Positions 29,573 through 39,538 of a stretch of 64,000 bases of DNA are shown piece by piece (position 1 is the first letter of the stretch; each line of letters starts with the position of its first letter). The stretch is from assembly GCA_943788175.1 (NCBI GenBank), contig CALSPG010000001.1:96001-160000 (forward strand), in the 5' to 3' direction. The stretch is from an uncultured bacterium (GTDB lineage Bacteria; Fidelibacterota; Marinisomatia; Marinisomatales; UBA1611). Both the position numbers and the translations under genes were made by a program. The notes below the pieces were generated by a model that saw only the letters and a program-made list of their open reading frames with translations, searched no databases and was not told where the DNA came from.

Positions 29573-32380
29573 ATGAAGCAAACGGAATTATTAAAAAAGT
29601 TAAACCTATCTACTTACGTCGCATTAGATTTTGAGACAACTGGCTTAGACCCAGATTTTGACAGAGTTATCGAGGTTGCCGCTATTGTATTTAAAAATGG
29701 TAAACCTAAAAAAACATTCTCCACACTAGTAAATCCAGAAAAAAATATTTCACCTTTTATTACAAATATTACGGGTATATCTAATGCGATGGTCAACACT
29801 GCTCCAAAGGAATCTGAAATTATAAATGAATTAATGAAGACAATTGGTGATCATCCTATTGTTGCACATAACATTAAGTTTGATTTGAATTTTCTTACAA
29901 AATTATGTGTAAGGCATAATTATGATCTTCCAAAAAACACACTTTACGATACACTACAGTTGGCAAGATCAGTACTTTTTGACCATCCTGTTTTTAATCT
30001 TTCTGCTTTGTCCGAGTTTTATGGCCTTGATGCATCAGGGAGTCATAGAGCAGAAAAAGATACAGAAAATTGTGGGCAAATATTTTTACACCTGCTTGAT
30101 GAATTAATGTGTCATAATCTCGAGGAACTTTCTAGTGTCTTAGCCGTCTTAGATAAATATGAAGTTCCTAACAAGAAGCTTTATGTTGACGCAGCAAATA
30201 TTTTAATAAAGATTGGTGATCCTAAAGTTGCTTTGAAAAATAGATTAATTGACAGAGAGTCGGGGCATAGTATTTATGAATTTTCAGGGTCACAAAATAT
30301 TCAAAATTTGAGTGCCTCAGACGTATTTGGATCCAAAGGAGTGCTTTCAAAAAAATATGATTGGTTCGAAGACAGAGCAAATCAAGTAGAATATGCAAAT
30401 ACATGTGATAACATATTTGCTGGAAATGACTCTGGTGTCCTAGAAGCGGGAACAGGGTTGGGTAAGTCTATGGGGTATCTTTTTGCAGCGATTAAAAGAA
30501 AATACGAAACAGATAAAAGGGGCCCTGTTGTAATAGCCTGTAATACTAAACATTTACAAGATCAGTTATTCTATAAAGATTTGCCAAAATTATCGGAGGC
30601 ATTAGATACTTCCATCAAAGCATTACTAATTAAAGGAAGAAAAAATTATTTATGTAAAACACGGTTTGATTGGTTTATCAGTGATCGAAATACAATAGGT
30701 GTGGATGATATCGAGTCAGTGATACCAATACTCTTTTGGTTACATTATACTAGGTCTGGCGATTTGTCTGAATGTAATGGCTTTTTTAACTCTAGGAAAA
30801 CTTGGATTGTTTCTATGATTTGTAGCGATACCGGTTTTTGTACTGGGAATATTTGTAGTAAAAACCATGGATGTTTTTATGGTTCGATACGAAAGCAAAT
30901 GTATGAGGCTGATATACTTGTAGCAAACCATTCCTTATTGTTATCTGAAGCTAAGGTCCCTGGTATTTTACCTGAACACGATACTATCATCATAGATGAG
31001 GCTCATAATTTGGTAAAAGGAGGGTATGATCAATTTAAAATAAGTCTCGATTATAATAGTATAACCTCATTACTTAGATCGTTAAATCCTTCTAATCCTC
31101 GATCAAAAAGATGGAATAATATTTTGATGTCCATATCTGATAGCGAACCCTTATTGAAAAGTTTAAGAGAAAAGTTAATATTAGAACTAGATAGGGTTAA
31201 AAGTTCATTTATTGCCTTTATGAATGAGCTCGCAGTAAATAATGAATCTGAATTTGATATTAAAAAATCTTATCAAGAGCGACCAATTATTAACTCATTA
31301 ATAAAAGAATATTCTTCATTAACTCCAGAATTATCAAGCTTTTCTAACAGCTCTTACAAACTGTCCGTTTGTTTCAAAAATATAAGTAGTTTTGTTTTAA
31401 AACTTGATACAAATAGATCAAAATATACTTTTTTACATAGTATTCTTGAAAAAGGCTTAGAAAATATCAATGTTTTGAATGATTCAATAAGCTTACTAAC
31501 GGGTTCTCAAGATAATGATTGGGTTTATTGGAAAGAAGGGTATTATAATTCTAAAAAAGAATTAGACAGTGACCTTCAAGTCTCCTTACACGCTTCGAAA
31601 ATTGATATTTCAGAAGTCTTAAGACGAAGGTTGTATGATAAAAACGTAAACTTTATTTTAACCTCAGCTACAATAAAAGTAGAAAATTCATTTGATTATT
31701 TTTTACATAGAAATGGCCTCGAGAATTCTGCAAGTATAGTAACAAGAGAATATACAAGTCCTTTTTCTTACTACGATCAAGTAAAATACTATCAATATGG
31801 TGGATCTAGAGATATAACAAATGATATTGGACAACTAGCAGATCTTATTTATCATGTCCATAAGACTTATAAAAAAAGGACAATGGTTCTATTTACTTCT
31901 GTAAAAATGCTGGAGAATGTTTCGAAAAAAATAAAAGAAAGGTTAGGTGGTAATAAAATACCGCTTTTTGCTCAATCTAAGGGAGCTTCAAAGCCTTCGA
32001 TCATAAAAGGAATGCACTCAAATGATAATGCCTTGCTATTCGGAACAAATAGTTTTTGGGAAGGGGTTGATTTGCCTGGTGAATTATTAGAAATATTGAT
32101 TGTTGTTAAGCTTCCTTTTGATGTCCCATCTGATCCTCTTATAAAGTCTTATTCAAATCATTTAGACAAGAATGGTTATAATAGTTTTATGAACTTTACT
32201 ATTCCAGAATGCACTACAAGATTTAGACAAGGCTTCGGGCGACTTATTAGAACTACTTTTGATTCTGGCGTTTTTATCAGTCTTGATAATAGAATTATAA
32301 CAAAAAGGTATGGAGATGTTATTCTAAACAGTATACCAACTGATCCAGAAATTTTTACAGATTATCATTCAATTCGTTAG
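29573..32380 (+). CDS. dinG: DinG-family helicase with an N-terminal DEDDh (DnaQ-like) exonuclease
   Basis: DFETTG, AHN..FD and HRA..D exonuclease motifs. EAGTGLGKS, DEAH, FWEGVD and QGFGRLIR helicase motifs, plus a Cys cluster. Confidence 0.92.
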   Translation: MKQTELLKKLNLSTYVALDFETTGLDPDFDRVIEVAAIVFKNGKPKKTFSTLVNPEKNISPFITNITGISNAMVNTAPKESEIINELMKTIGDHPIVAHNIKFDLNFLTKLCVRHNYDLPKNTLYDTLQLARSVLFDHPVFNLSALSEFYGLDASGSHRAEKDTENCGQIFLHLLDELMCHNLEELSSVLAVLDKYEVPNKKLYVDAANILIKIGDPKVALKNRLIDRESGHSIYEFSGSQNIQNLSASDVFGSKGVLSKKYDWFEDRANQVEYANTCDNIFAGNDSGVLEAGTGLGKSMGYLFAAIKRKYETDKRGPVVIACNTKHLQDQLFYKDLPKLSEALDTSIKALLIKGRKNYLCKTRFDWFISDRNTIGVDDIESVIPILFWLHYTRSGDLSECNGFFNSRKTWIVSMICSDTGFCTGNICSKNHGCFYGSIRKQMYEADILVANHSLLLSEAKVPGILPEHDTIIIDEAHNLVKGGYDQFKISLDYNSITSLLRSLNPSNPRSKRWNNILMSISDSEPLLKSLREKLILELDRVKSSFIAFMNELAVNNESEFDIKKSYQERPIINSLIKEYSSLTPELSSFSNSSYKLSVCFKNISSFVLKLDTNRSKYTFLHSILEKGLENINVLNDSISLLTGSQDNDWVYWKEGYYNSKKELDSDLQVSLHASKIDISEVLRRRLYDKNVNFILTSATIKVENSFDYFLHRNGLENSASIVTREYTSPFSYYDQVKYYQYGGSRDITNDIGQLADLIYHVHKTYKKRTMVLFTSVKMLENVSKKIKERLGGNKIPLFAQSKGASKPSIIKGMHSNDNALLFGTNSFWEGVDLPGELLEILIVVKLPFDVPSDPLIKSYSNHLDKNGYNSFMNFTIPECTTRFRQGFGRLIRTTFDSGVFISLDNRIITKRYGDVILNSIPTDPEIFTDYHSIR

Positions 32381-32438
32381 TCTTTTTTTCAGAGGTTAAT
32401 TCTTTGTAATAGATGCTAACTTCATTCTAAATTAATCA

Positions 32439-33965
32439 ATGTCGACCCTTCGGATTACTAAAAAAACATTTACTTTTGAAGACTTTTCGCCATTGCTCAA
32501 TGGTCCTTTAAAAGTAGTATTAGATCGGTCCATTCCAAAAAAAGTAAAAAATTCCTATCAACAATTATTAAAGATACTCGCATCCGGTAAAATAGTTTAC
32601 GGTGTTAACACTGGATTCGGGAAATTGAGTAATATAAGAATCGATGAAGCAGATCAAGAAAAATTGCAATTAAACTTGGTTCGTAGTCACTCAGCAGGTA
32701 TAGGGGATTTTCTGGACATTGGAATTGTAAGAGTGGTTATGGCTTTAAAAGTATTGACTTATTCTCATGGCCATAGCGGTGTGCATCCGGAAACAGTAAG
32801 AAAGCTAGTTCAATTTTTAAATAATGATTTAGTTCCAGCTGTTCCTGAGAAAGGTTCCGTAGGTGCGAGTGGTGATTTAGCTCAATTAGCTCATATCGCT
32901 AGCTCGATTATTGGTGAAGGTCAAATCATTCAAGATGGAAAAGCTGTTTCTTCAAAAATTCTTTTAAATAAAATGAAAATTAACCCACTAGTATTACATC
33001 AAAAAGATGGCATTAGTTTGGTAAATGGTACTCAATTTTCTACAGCGATCGCAGTCAAAGCCTTAGCTAGTGGATTTAATATCCTTGATGCTGCAGACAG
33101 TATAAGCGCTTTATCTGTAGAAACAAGTTTATCAAGCAGAAATACATTTAACTCTGCCATACATAAACTTAAAAAGCACAAAGGTCAAATTATTTCTGCG
33201 AGTAATGTTTGGAAAATGACAGCTGGAAGTCAGATAGTTAACTTTCATAAAAATTGTGATGTCGTTCAAGATCCTTATAGCTTTAGATGTATTCCACACA
33301 TTCATGGTGCATGTAGAGATGCAATAGTTCAATCATCCGAGACTATTAACAATGAAATTAATAGCGTAAGTGACAACCCTTTGATTTTGAGCAATGGTGA
33401 CATTGGCTTCTCAGGTCATTTTCATGCTGAACATGTAGCAATAGCATTAGATCATATGAGCATAGCAACAGCAGAAATTGGAGCTGTCTCTGAAAGAAGA
33501 ATACATTATTTTATGAAAGGTGTAGAAGGGAAATTTCAACCTTTTCTTGCTAAAAACCCTGGAATAGAGTCAGGTTACATGATTGCTCATGTAACTGCAT
33601 CCGCGCTTGCTTCTGAAAATAAGACGTTAGCTCACCCTGCTAGTGTAGACTCACTGCCTACCTCAGGCGGTCAAGAAGACCATGTCAGTATGGCTCCATG
33701 GGCAGGTTCTAAGCTACTAACAATTCAAAAAAATGTACTTAACATACTAGCAATAGAGTTGTTAATAGCTAGTGCTTCATTTACTCTCTACCATTCAAAA
33801 CTGAAGCCAGGAAAGGGTACTAGTTTATTGTTAAAAAATATTCAAAATATAATTAATGCAAAAAAAGGCGACCGTTCATTAACAATCGAAATAAATAAGC
33901 TAAAAGATATTATTGAAAATGGAAAAATATTTAAAATACTAAAGAATAAAGGGTTATTGGAGTAG
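32439..33965 (+). CDS. hutH: Histidine ammonia-lyase
   Basis: YGVNTGFG, the MIO motif GSVGASGDL, QDPYSFRC and QEDHVSM. Confidence 0.93.
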   Translation: MSTLRITKKTFTFEDFSPLLNGPLKVVLDRSIPKKVKNSYQQLLKILASGKIVYGVNTGFGKLSNIRIDEADQEKLQLNLVRSHSAGIGDFLDIGIVRVVMALKVLTYSHGHSGVHPETVRKLVQFLNNDLVPAVPEKGSVGASGDLAQLAHIASSIIGEGQIIQDGKAVSSKILLNKMKINPLVLHQKDGISLVNGTQFSTAIAVKALASGFNILDAADSISALSVETSLSSRNTFNSAIHKLKKHKGQIISASNVWKMTAGSQIVNFHKNCDVVQDPYSFRCIPHIHGACRDAIVQSSETINNEINSVSDNPLILSNGDIGFSGHFHAEHVAIALDHMSIATAEIGAVSERRIHYFMKGVEGKFQPFLAKNPGIESGYMIAHVTASALASENKTLAHPASVDSLPTSGGQEDHVSMAPWAGSKLLTIQKNVLNILAIELLIASASFTLYHSKLKPGKGTSLLLKNIQNIINAKKGDRSLTIEINKLKDIIENGKIFKILKNKGLLE

Positions 33966-33968
33966 TAT

Positions 33969-35438
33969 ATGGAAAACAAAATAAAATTTAGGAAAGGATA
34001 TACATTTGATGATGTTTTACTAGTTCCTCAAAAATCAAAAGTTCTGCCTAAAGAGACTAATCTTAAAACTAGATTAACAAATAATATAAAATTAAATATT
34101 CCAATTATTAGTGCCGCGATGGATACTGTAACTGAGGAAGCCATGGCAATTGCAATGGCAAGGGAGGGTGGACTAGGCGTTATACATAAAAATTGTTCGA
34201 TTGAATTTCAAAAGTCCATGGTTGACAAAGTTAAGCGATCAGAAAGCGGTATGATATTAAAGCCTGTTACAGTAAGACCTAATCAAAACATAAATGATGC
34301 TAAAAAAATTATGTCTGAATTTAGAATAAGTGGTTTGCCCGTTGTGAAAGAAGATAAATTGGTAGGTATTATTACGAATAGAGATATTCGTTTTCAGATT
34401 GATGGAAATATGGAAGTCTCAGCATGCATGACTTCAGAAAATTTAATTACTGTACCCTTAGATACGTCCTTAGAAGATGCTGAAGAATTGTTACACAAGC
34501 ATAGAATTGAAAAGTTATTAGTTGTAAATGATTCAGGAGACTTAGCAGGGCTTATAACTGTTAAGGATATAAATAAGAAGCAGCAATATCCAGCCGCTTG
34601 TAAAGATAATAATGGAAGATTAAGAGTAGCTGCAGCTGTTGGAGTAGCTGGCGATACAAATGAGAGAGTAAAAGAGCTCATAGATGCAGAAGTTGATGCA
34701 ATTGTTGTTGATACTGCACATGGCCACTCAAGAGGTGTACTTGATACTATCTCCCAGTTAAAAGCACAACATTCCAATATCTCTATCATTGCTGGTAATG
34801 TAGCTACAGGTTATGGCGCAGAAGCGCTTATGGATGTTGGTGTTGATTGTGTTAAGGTAGGAATTGGTGCAGGGGCTAGCTGCACAACTAGAATAGTTGC
34901 CGGTGTAGGGGTTCCCCAATTGACTGCTATTCTCGATGCTGTAAATGTAGCAAAGAAAGCAAATATTCCTATAATTGCTGATGGTGGACTAAGATATAGC
35001 GGAGATATTGCAAAAGCATTGGCTGCTGGCGCAGATACAATTATGTTAGGGAGTGTTTTAGCTGGTATGGACGAAAGTCCTGGAGAGACTATATTGTATG
35101 AAGGGAGACAGTATAAAACTTTTAGAGGTATGGGCTCAATAGGAGCTATGGAAGAAGGAAGCGGTGATCGATACTTTCAGGAAGACACAGATAATAAAAA
35201 ATTAGTACCTGAGGGTATCGAAGGAATGGTACCGTTTCGTGGTCCAGTAAAAAACACTATACACCAACTAACTGGCGGTATCAGATCAGCAATGGGTTAT
35301 TGTGGTTCTAGAAATATTGGAGAATTTGGACAAAAATCTGAATTTATAGAGATTACATCAGCCGGCATAAGAGAAAGCCACCCTCATGAAGTAAGAATTG
35401 TGAAAGAGGCTCCTAACTATTCGCCTTCAGAAAGATAG
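33969..35438 (+). CDS. guaB: IMP dehydrogenase
   Basis: TFDDVLL, SAAMDTVT, a CBS domain pair, VGIGAGASCTTR and RGMGS. Confidence 0.99.
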   Translation: MENKIKFRKGYTFDDVLLVPQKSKVLPKETNLKTRLTNNIKLNIPIISAAMDTVTEEAMAIAMAREGGLGVIHKNCSIEFQKSMVDKVKRSESGMILKPVTVRPNQNINDAKKIMSEFRISGLPVVKEDKLVGIITNRDIRFQIDGNMEVSACMTSENLITVPLDTSLEDAEELLHKHRIEKLLVVNDSGDLAGLITVKDINKKQQYPAACKDNNGRLRVAAAVGVAGDTNERVKELIDAEVDAIVVDTAHGHSRGVLDTISQLKAQHSNISIIAGNVATGYGAEALMDVGVDCVKVGIGAGASCTTRIVAGVGVPQLTAILDAVNVAKKANIPIIADGGLRYSGDIAKALAAGADTIMLGSVLAGMDESPGETILYEGRQYKTFRGMGSIGAMEEGSGDRYFQEDTDNKKLVPEGIEGMVPFRGPVKNTIHQLTGGIRSAMGYCGSRNIGEFGQKSEFIEITSAGIRESHPHEVRIVKEAPNYSPSER

Positions 35439-35444
35439 AGTACT

Positions 35445-35699
35445 CTACTTTAATGAATTCAAATGACGAGTGATTTTAGATTTTCTTCTACCTGCTGTAT
35501 TTTTATGAATAAGACCTCTTCCAGATGCCTTATCAATGTAGCTAACGGCTGCAGTATACTCAACCTGGGCTTTTTCTTTATCAGTAGATTCTAAAACTCT
35601 TTTGATTTGCGTACGTAACCTAGACATGCTAGAAATATTTCTAGCTCTTCTCTTAATATCTTGACGCTCTCTTTTAATTTGTTGTGGATGTCTGTCCAT
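35445..35699 (-). CDS. rpsT: 30S ribosomal protein S20
   Basis: Basic 84-aa protein with IDKA..GLIHKNTA.RRKS. Confidence 0.95.
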   Translation of the reverse strand: MDRHPQQIKRERQDIKRRARNISSMSRLRTQIKRVLESTDKEKAQVEYTAAVSYIDKASGRGLIHKNTAGRRKSKITRHLNSLK

Positions 35700-35837
35700 T
35701 GTTTAAAATTCCTTTTTATTAAAGCCTTTAAAATTAACATAGAATGGTTTTTGTAGTCAATGAGCGATTTTTAATAAATTTAAGTATATGAAAAAGGTTA
35801 TAATTTAAAATTCGATAAAAATGAGTATCGGTAAAAA

Positions 35838-36776
35838 ATGAAAAAAGTTAATTATAAAGATATACTTAAAAATAATCATGTATCAATCTCGCGCGCTATT
35901 TCTTTGATTGAAAATGATGATAAAAGTGTATCATCTTTTTACGATCAGATTTATAAAAACTCTAATGAATCAATACGCATCGGAGTTACTGGTCCTCCAG
36001 GAGCAGGAAAAAGCACCTTAGTTGATAAATTTGTTTCACTTTTTTTATCTAAAAATTTTTCTGTCGGTGTGGTTGCTATAGATCCGAGTAGTCCCTTTAG
36101 TGGGGGTGCATTGTTAGGTGATAGGGTCAGAATGAGTAAATATTCAGAAAATAATAATGTTTACATAAGAAGTATGGGTAATCGAGGTGATCTTGGAGGT
36201 TTATGCAGAAAAGCTCGAGAAGCAGGTGATGTTTTGGCGGCAAGTGGTAAAGACATTATTATATATGAAACTGTGGGCGTGGGGCAGGCCGAACATGATA
36301 TTGTAAATGCTGCTGACTTTACAGTTGTGGTGCTTGTTCCTGAATCGGGTGATGAGGTGCAATTAATGAAAGCAGGAATAATTGAAATAGCAGATATTTT
36401 TGTTGTAAATAAAGCTGATAGGCCTGGTTCCAAGCGTATTGAGAGGACACTATCCGATACACTGCATAGTTTTAGTAAGCCTAATAGCTTTATCCCTTCA
36501 GTATTGAGCACTACGGCTAGTACAGGGGATGGGGTTGCATATGTACTTGATAAAATCCTTTCAGATATTAATGATTTTAAAAAAAATGATAAGTTTAAAA
36601 ATCGTCGTTTAGAAAGGTATAAGAATAGAATTAAAGACACTATATCTGAAAAATTAGAACAAGAATTCTGGACTGAAGATCAAGAAAAATTATTTAAAAA
36701 AATTACTGAATCAATTAATTCCCTTGAGAGTCCTCCAAGTGCAGTTGTAAAGAAGCTAATTTCAAACTTCAGTTAG
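35838..36776 (+). CDS. meaB: Methylmalonyl-CoA mutase-associated GTPase MeaB
   Basis: GVTGPPGAGKST, DPSSPFSGGALLGDRVRM, ETVGVGQ and NKAD motifs. Confidence 0.95.
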   Translation: MKKVNYKDILKNNHVSISRAISLIENDDKSVSSFYDQIYKNSNESIRIGVTGPPGAGKSTLVDKFVSLFLSKNFSVGVVAIDPSSPFSGGALLGDRVRMSKYSENNNVYIRSMGNRGDLGGLCRKAREAGDVLAASGKDIIIYETVGVGQAEHDIVNAADFTVVVLVPESGDEVQLMKAGIIEIADIFVVNKADRPGSKRIERTLSDTLHSFSKPNSFIPSVLSTTASTGDGVAYVLDKILSDINDFKKNDKFKNRRLERYKNRIKDTISEKLEQEFWTEDQEKLFKKITESINSLESPPSAVVKKLISNFS

Positions 36777-37531
36777 TGATTTTAGTGGATTCTGAGCAAA
36801 AGTCTATGAGTTTTATTGATCATCTTGAAGAATTAAGATGGAGAATAATTAAAACAATTTCATCCGTGATTTTGGGTGGTATAATAACCTTCTTTTTTAT
36901 CGATCTAATACTTAACCTACTTCTAAGGCCATTAGAAAATATAAATACTAATAATCCTATAAACTTGCAGGTTTTGTCAGTTCAAGGAATGTTTATTATT
37001 AAATGGACCATAGCCTTTATTGGCGGATTGGTTATTTCGGTACCGGTTATAACCTACCAAATATGGAAATTTATTGCTCCAGGTCTTTACGCTAATGAAA
37101 AAGGTTTTGTTTTACCACTGGTTGTATTTTCTTTTTTTTCTTTTTGTTCAGGTATTTTTTTTAGTTACGAGATACTAATACCATATTGTTTAAACTTTTT
37201 TGCTGGACTTTCAGGAGAAAATATTTTAAATAATTTTTCTATAAACCATTATTTTAGCTTTATTACCTGGCTTCTACTGGGGTGCGGTATTGTTTTTCAG
37301 TTGCCAGTAATCTCTTTTTTATTATCAACAATTGGTGTTTTGACTCCAGCTTTTATGAGACACTATAGGAGGCACTCTATTGTGGCTATTTTTATAGTAT
37401 CGTCTTTTATTACTCCACCTGATCCGGTCAGTATGGTGGTAATGGCTTTTCCACTTATTATTTTGTTTGAACTAAGTATTGGAGTGTCTTGGATGGTAAA
37501 TAAGACCAAAGGTTTTAAGAAAAATACATAG
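36776..37531 (+). CDS. tatC: Twin-arginine translocase subunit TatC
   Basis: HLEELRWR, FIAPGLY..EK, FQLP and ITPPDP motifs. Confidence 0.97.
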   Translation: MILVDSEQKSMSFIDHLEELRWRIIKTISSVILGGIITFFFIDLILNLLLRPLENINTNNPINLQVLSVQGMFIIKWTIAFIGGLVISVPVITYQIWKFIAPGLYANEKGFVLPLVVFSFFSFCSGIFFSYEILIPYCLNFFAGLSGENILNNFSINHYFSFITWLLLGCGIVFQLPVISFLLSTIGVLTPAFMRHYRRHSIVAIFIVSSFITPPDPVSMVVMAFPLIILFELSIGVSWMVNKTKGFKKNT

Positions 37532-37550
37532 TTAAATTTTATATCAGAAT

Positions 37551-38528
37551 ATGAATGAATTAGATAAAATAAAATTACCTATTGAAAAAGATATTATTGA
37601 GTTTTATAAAGAATTCAAAAATGCATTGGATTCAGATGTGAAGCTCATCAACTCTATTTCTGGTTATCTTGTTAAGAATAGAGGAAAGGCTATTCGACCT
37701 ACTCTGACTCTTCTCTGTGCTAGGTTATGTAATGAGCCTACTACTCACTCTTACAGAGCCGCTGCTATGATGGAATTATTACATGTTGCTACATTAATTC
37801 ATGACGATATTGTCGATGATGGCAAAATGAGACGCGGAAAACCATCTGTAAAACAAATATGGAAAAACAAAATATCTGTTTTAATGGGAGATTTTATTTT
37901 AGCTAAAGCGTTAATTAATATGGTCAATTTAAAGAATTTTGATGCGTTAGACCTAATTTCAAAGACGGCAGAAAAGTTGAGTGCTGGCGAAATCATGCAA
38001 ATTGAAAAAAGTTTAACTAGAAATATGTCTAAAGATTTTTATTACGAGATGATTAATCAAAAAACAGCTTCTTTAATATCAGCGAGTTGCGAACTTGGTG
38101 CTATTACTACGACCAATGACATGGCAGATAGAAAAGCCACCTTTTTATATGGAGATAATCTTGGGATGGCTTTTCAAATTAAAGATGATCTTTTTGATTT
38201 TTTAGGTTCAGAAAGTCAGACAGGGAAAGATGCTGGTGGAGATGTGAAAAAAAATATGATTACCTTGCCTTTAATTTTTTCGTTGGAGAACTCAACAAAA
38301 GCACAAAGTAAAAAATTAAAATCGCTTGTTCGATCTAAGAAAAAAACAAAAGCGAATTTAAAAGATATTAATGAAATGATTTCGGAATCAGGTGGTTTTA
38401 GATATGCAAACGGTAAACTTAATGAGTTTTCGGAAAAAGCTATTGATGCTATTCAAGGTTATGAAGAATCAGAAATAAAGAAATCGCTAACCCAATTGGT
38501 CTCATTTAATATCAAGCGTAAAAGGTAA
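37551..38528 (+). CDS. Long-chain trans-polyprenyl diphosphate synthase (IspB-like)
   Basis: GKAIRP, LIHDDIVD..MRRG, KTA and FQIKDDLFD motifs. Confidence 0.93.
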   Translation: MNELDKIKLPIEKDIIEFYKEFKNALDSDVKLINSISGYLVKNRGKAIRPTLTLLCARLCNEPTTHSYRAAAMMELLHVATLIHDDIVDDGKMRRGKPSVKQIWKNKISVLMGDFILAKALINMVNLKNFDALDLISKTAEKLSAGEIMQIEKSLTRNMSKDFYYEMINQKTASLISASCELGAITTTNDMADRKATFLYGDNLGMAFQIKDDLFDFLGSESQTGKDAGGDVKKNMITLPLIFSLENSTKAQSKKLKSLVRSKKKTKANLKDINEMISESGGFRYANGKLNEFSEKAIDAIQGYEESEIKKSLTQLVSFNIKRKR

Positions 38529-38529
38529 A

Positions 38530-39537
38530 GTGACTCTTTCTGGAAAAATTCTGGTTATTCGCTTTAGTTCAATTGGCGATATTGTTCTTACAACATCTTT
38601 TATAGCTACCTTAAAAAAAACTTTTCCAAATTTTGAAATTCACTACTTAACATTAGATAAATTCTCTTCAATTTTAGAATTTCATCCAGAAATTGATAGA
38701 GTAATTGAGCTAAATAGTAACTCAAATTTTAAGGAGTTGTTAGAATTTAATAAGTTTATAAAATCGTCAAATTATAATAAGGTTTTTGATTTACATGGCT
38801 CTATACGATCTAGACTAATTACTAAAGGTATCGGTCAAAGTATCTCAAGAGTAAAGAAGCCTAGATTTCTAAGATTTATTCTTTTTCAATTCCATATAAA
38901 CATGTTTCCCTTAAATTTTTCTGCTACGCACATGTATCACAATTGCTTGGAAGAGTATAAAAGTATAGAATTTCCAAAGACCTATTTAAGTGTTAGCGAT
39001 TTAGAACGAAAAAATGCAATTAGTTTTTTAAAAAAAAATAATGTCGAAGGGCGGTTTATTGCAATCGTGCCTGGTGCCGCTTGGCCTCAAAAACAATGGG
39101 GAGTAGCAAAATATAGCAAAGCAATAAATAAAATCATATCTAGATCCAATGAAAGTATTGTTCTGCTAGGAGGCGTAAAAGATAAAATTAATAACGAGAT
39201 TGAAAAAATAAATAATCAAGTAGTTAATTTGACTGGTAAGACAAATCTAAGACAGGCAATGTCTATATTATCTTTATCAGATACGGTTCTAGGTAGTGAT
39301 ACTGGCTTGGTCCATATAGCAGAAGCTCTCGGTAAATCTGTTAATATGATTTTAGGTCCGACAACTAAAGAGACAGGGGGTGGTGTTTCTTTGTCTTCTT
39401 CGAAGAATATTGAGACAGATTTATGGTGTCGTCCGTGCTCCCAAAATGGTAAAAAAAGTTGCTATAGGTCTAGCCAGCATTGTATGAATTTAATTTCTTC
39501 TGAAATTGCTGTTAAATCAGTTCTTGAAAGATTATAG
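38530..39537 (+). CDS. GT9 LPS heptosyltransferase-like protein
   Basis: IRFSSIGDIV, PGAAWPQKQW and DTGLVHIA motifs. Confidence 0.92.
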   Translation: MTLSGKILVIRFSSIGDIVLTTSFIATLKKTFPNFEIHYLTLDKFSSILEFHPEIDRVIELNSNSNFKELLEFNKFIKSSNYNKVFDLHGSIRSRLITKGIGQSISRVKKPRFLRFILFQFHINMFPLNFSATHMYHNCLEEYKSIEFPKTYLSVSDLERKNAISFLKKNNVEGRFIAIVPGAAWPQKQWGVAKYSKAINKIISRSNESIVLLGGVKDKINNEIEKINNQVVNLTGKTNLRQAMSILSLSDTVLGSDTGLVHIAEALGKSVNMILGPTTKETGGGVSLSSSKNIETDLWCRPCSQNGKKSCYRSSQHCMNLISSEIAVKSVLERL

Positions 39538-39538
39538 A

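Noticed and set aside
36161-36640. Long antisense ORFs (e.g. 36161..36640, 34394..34789, 40192..40569, 26434..26778) and other short overlapping ORFs
   Set aside because: They lie opposite or within well-conserved genes and have no recognisable motifs; they are shadow ORFs.
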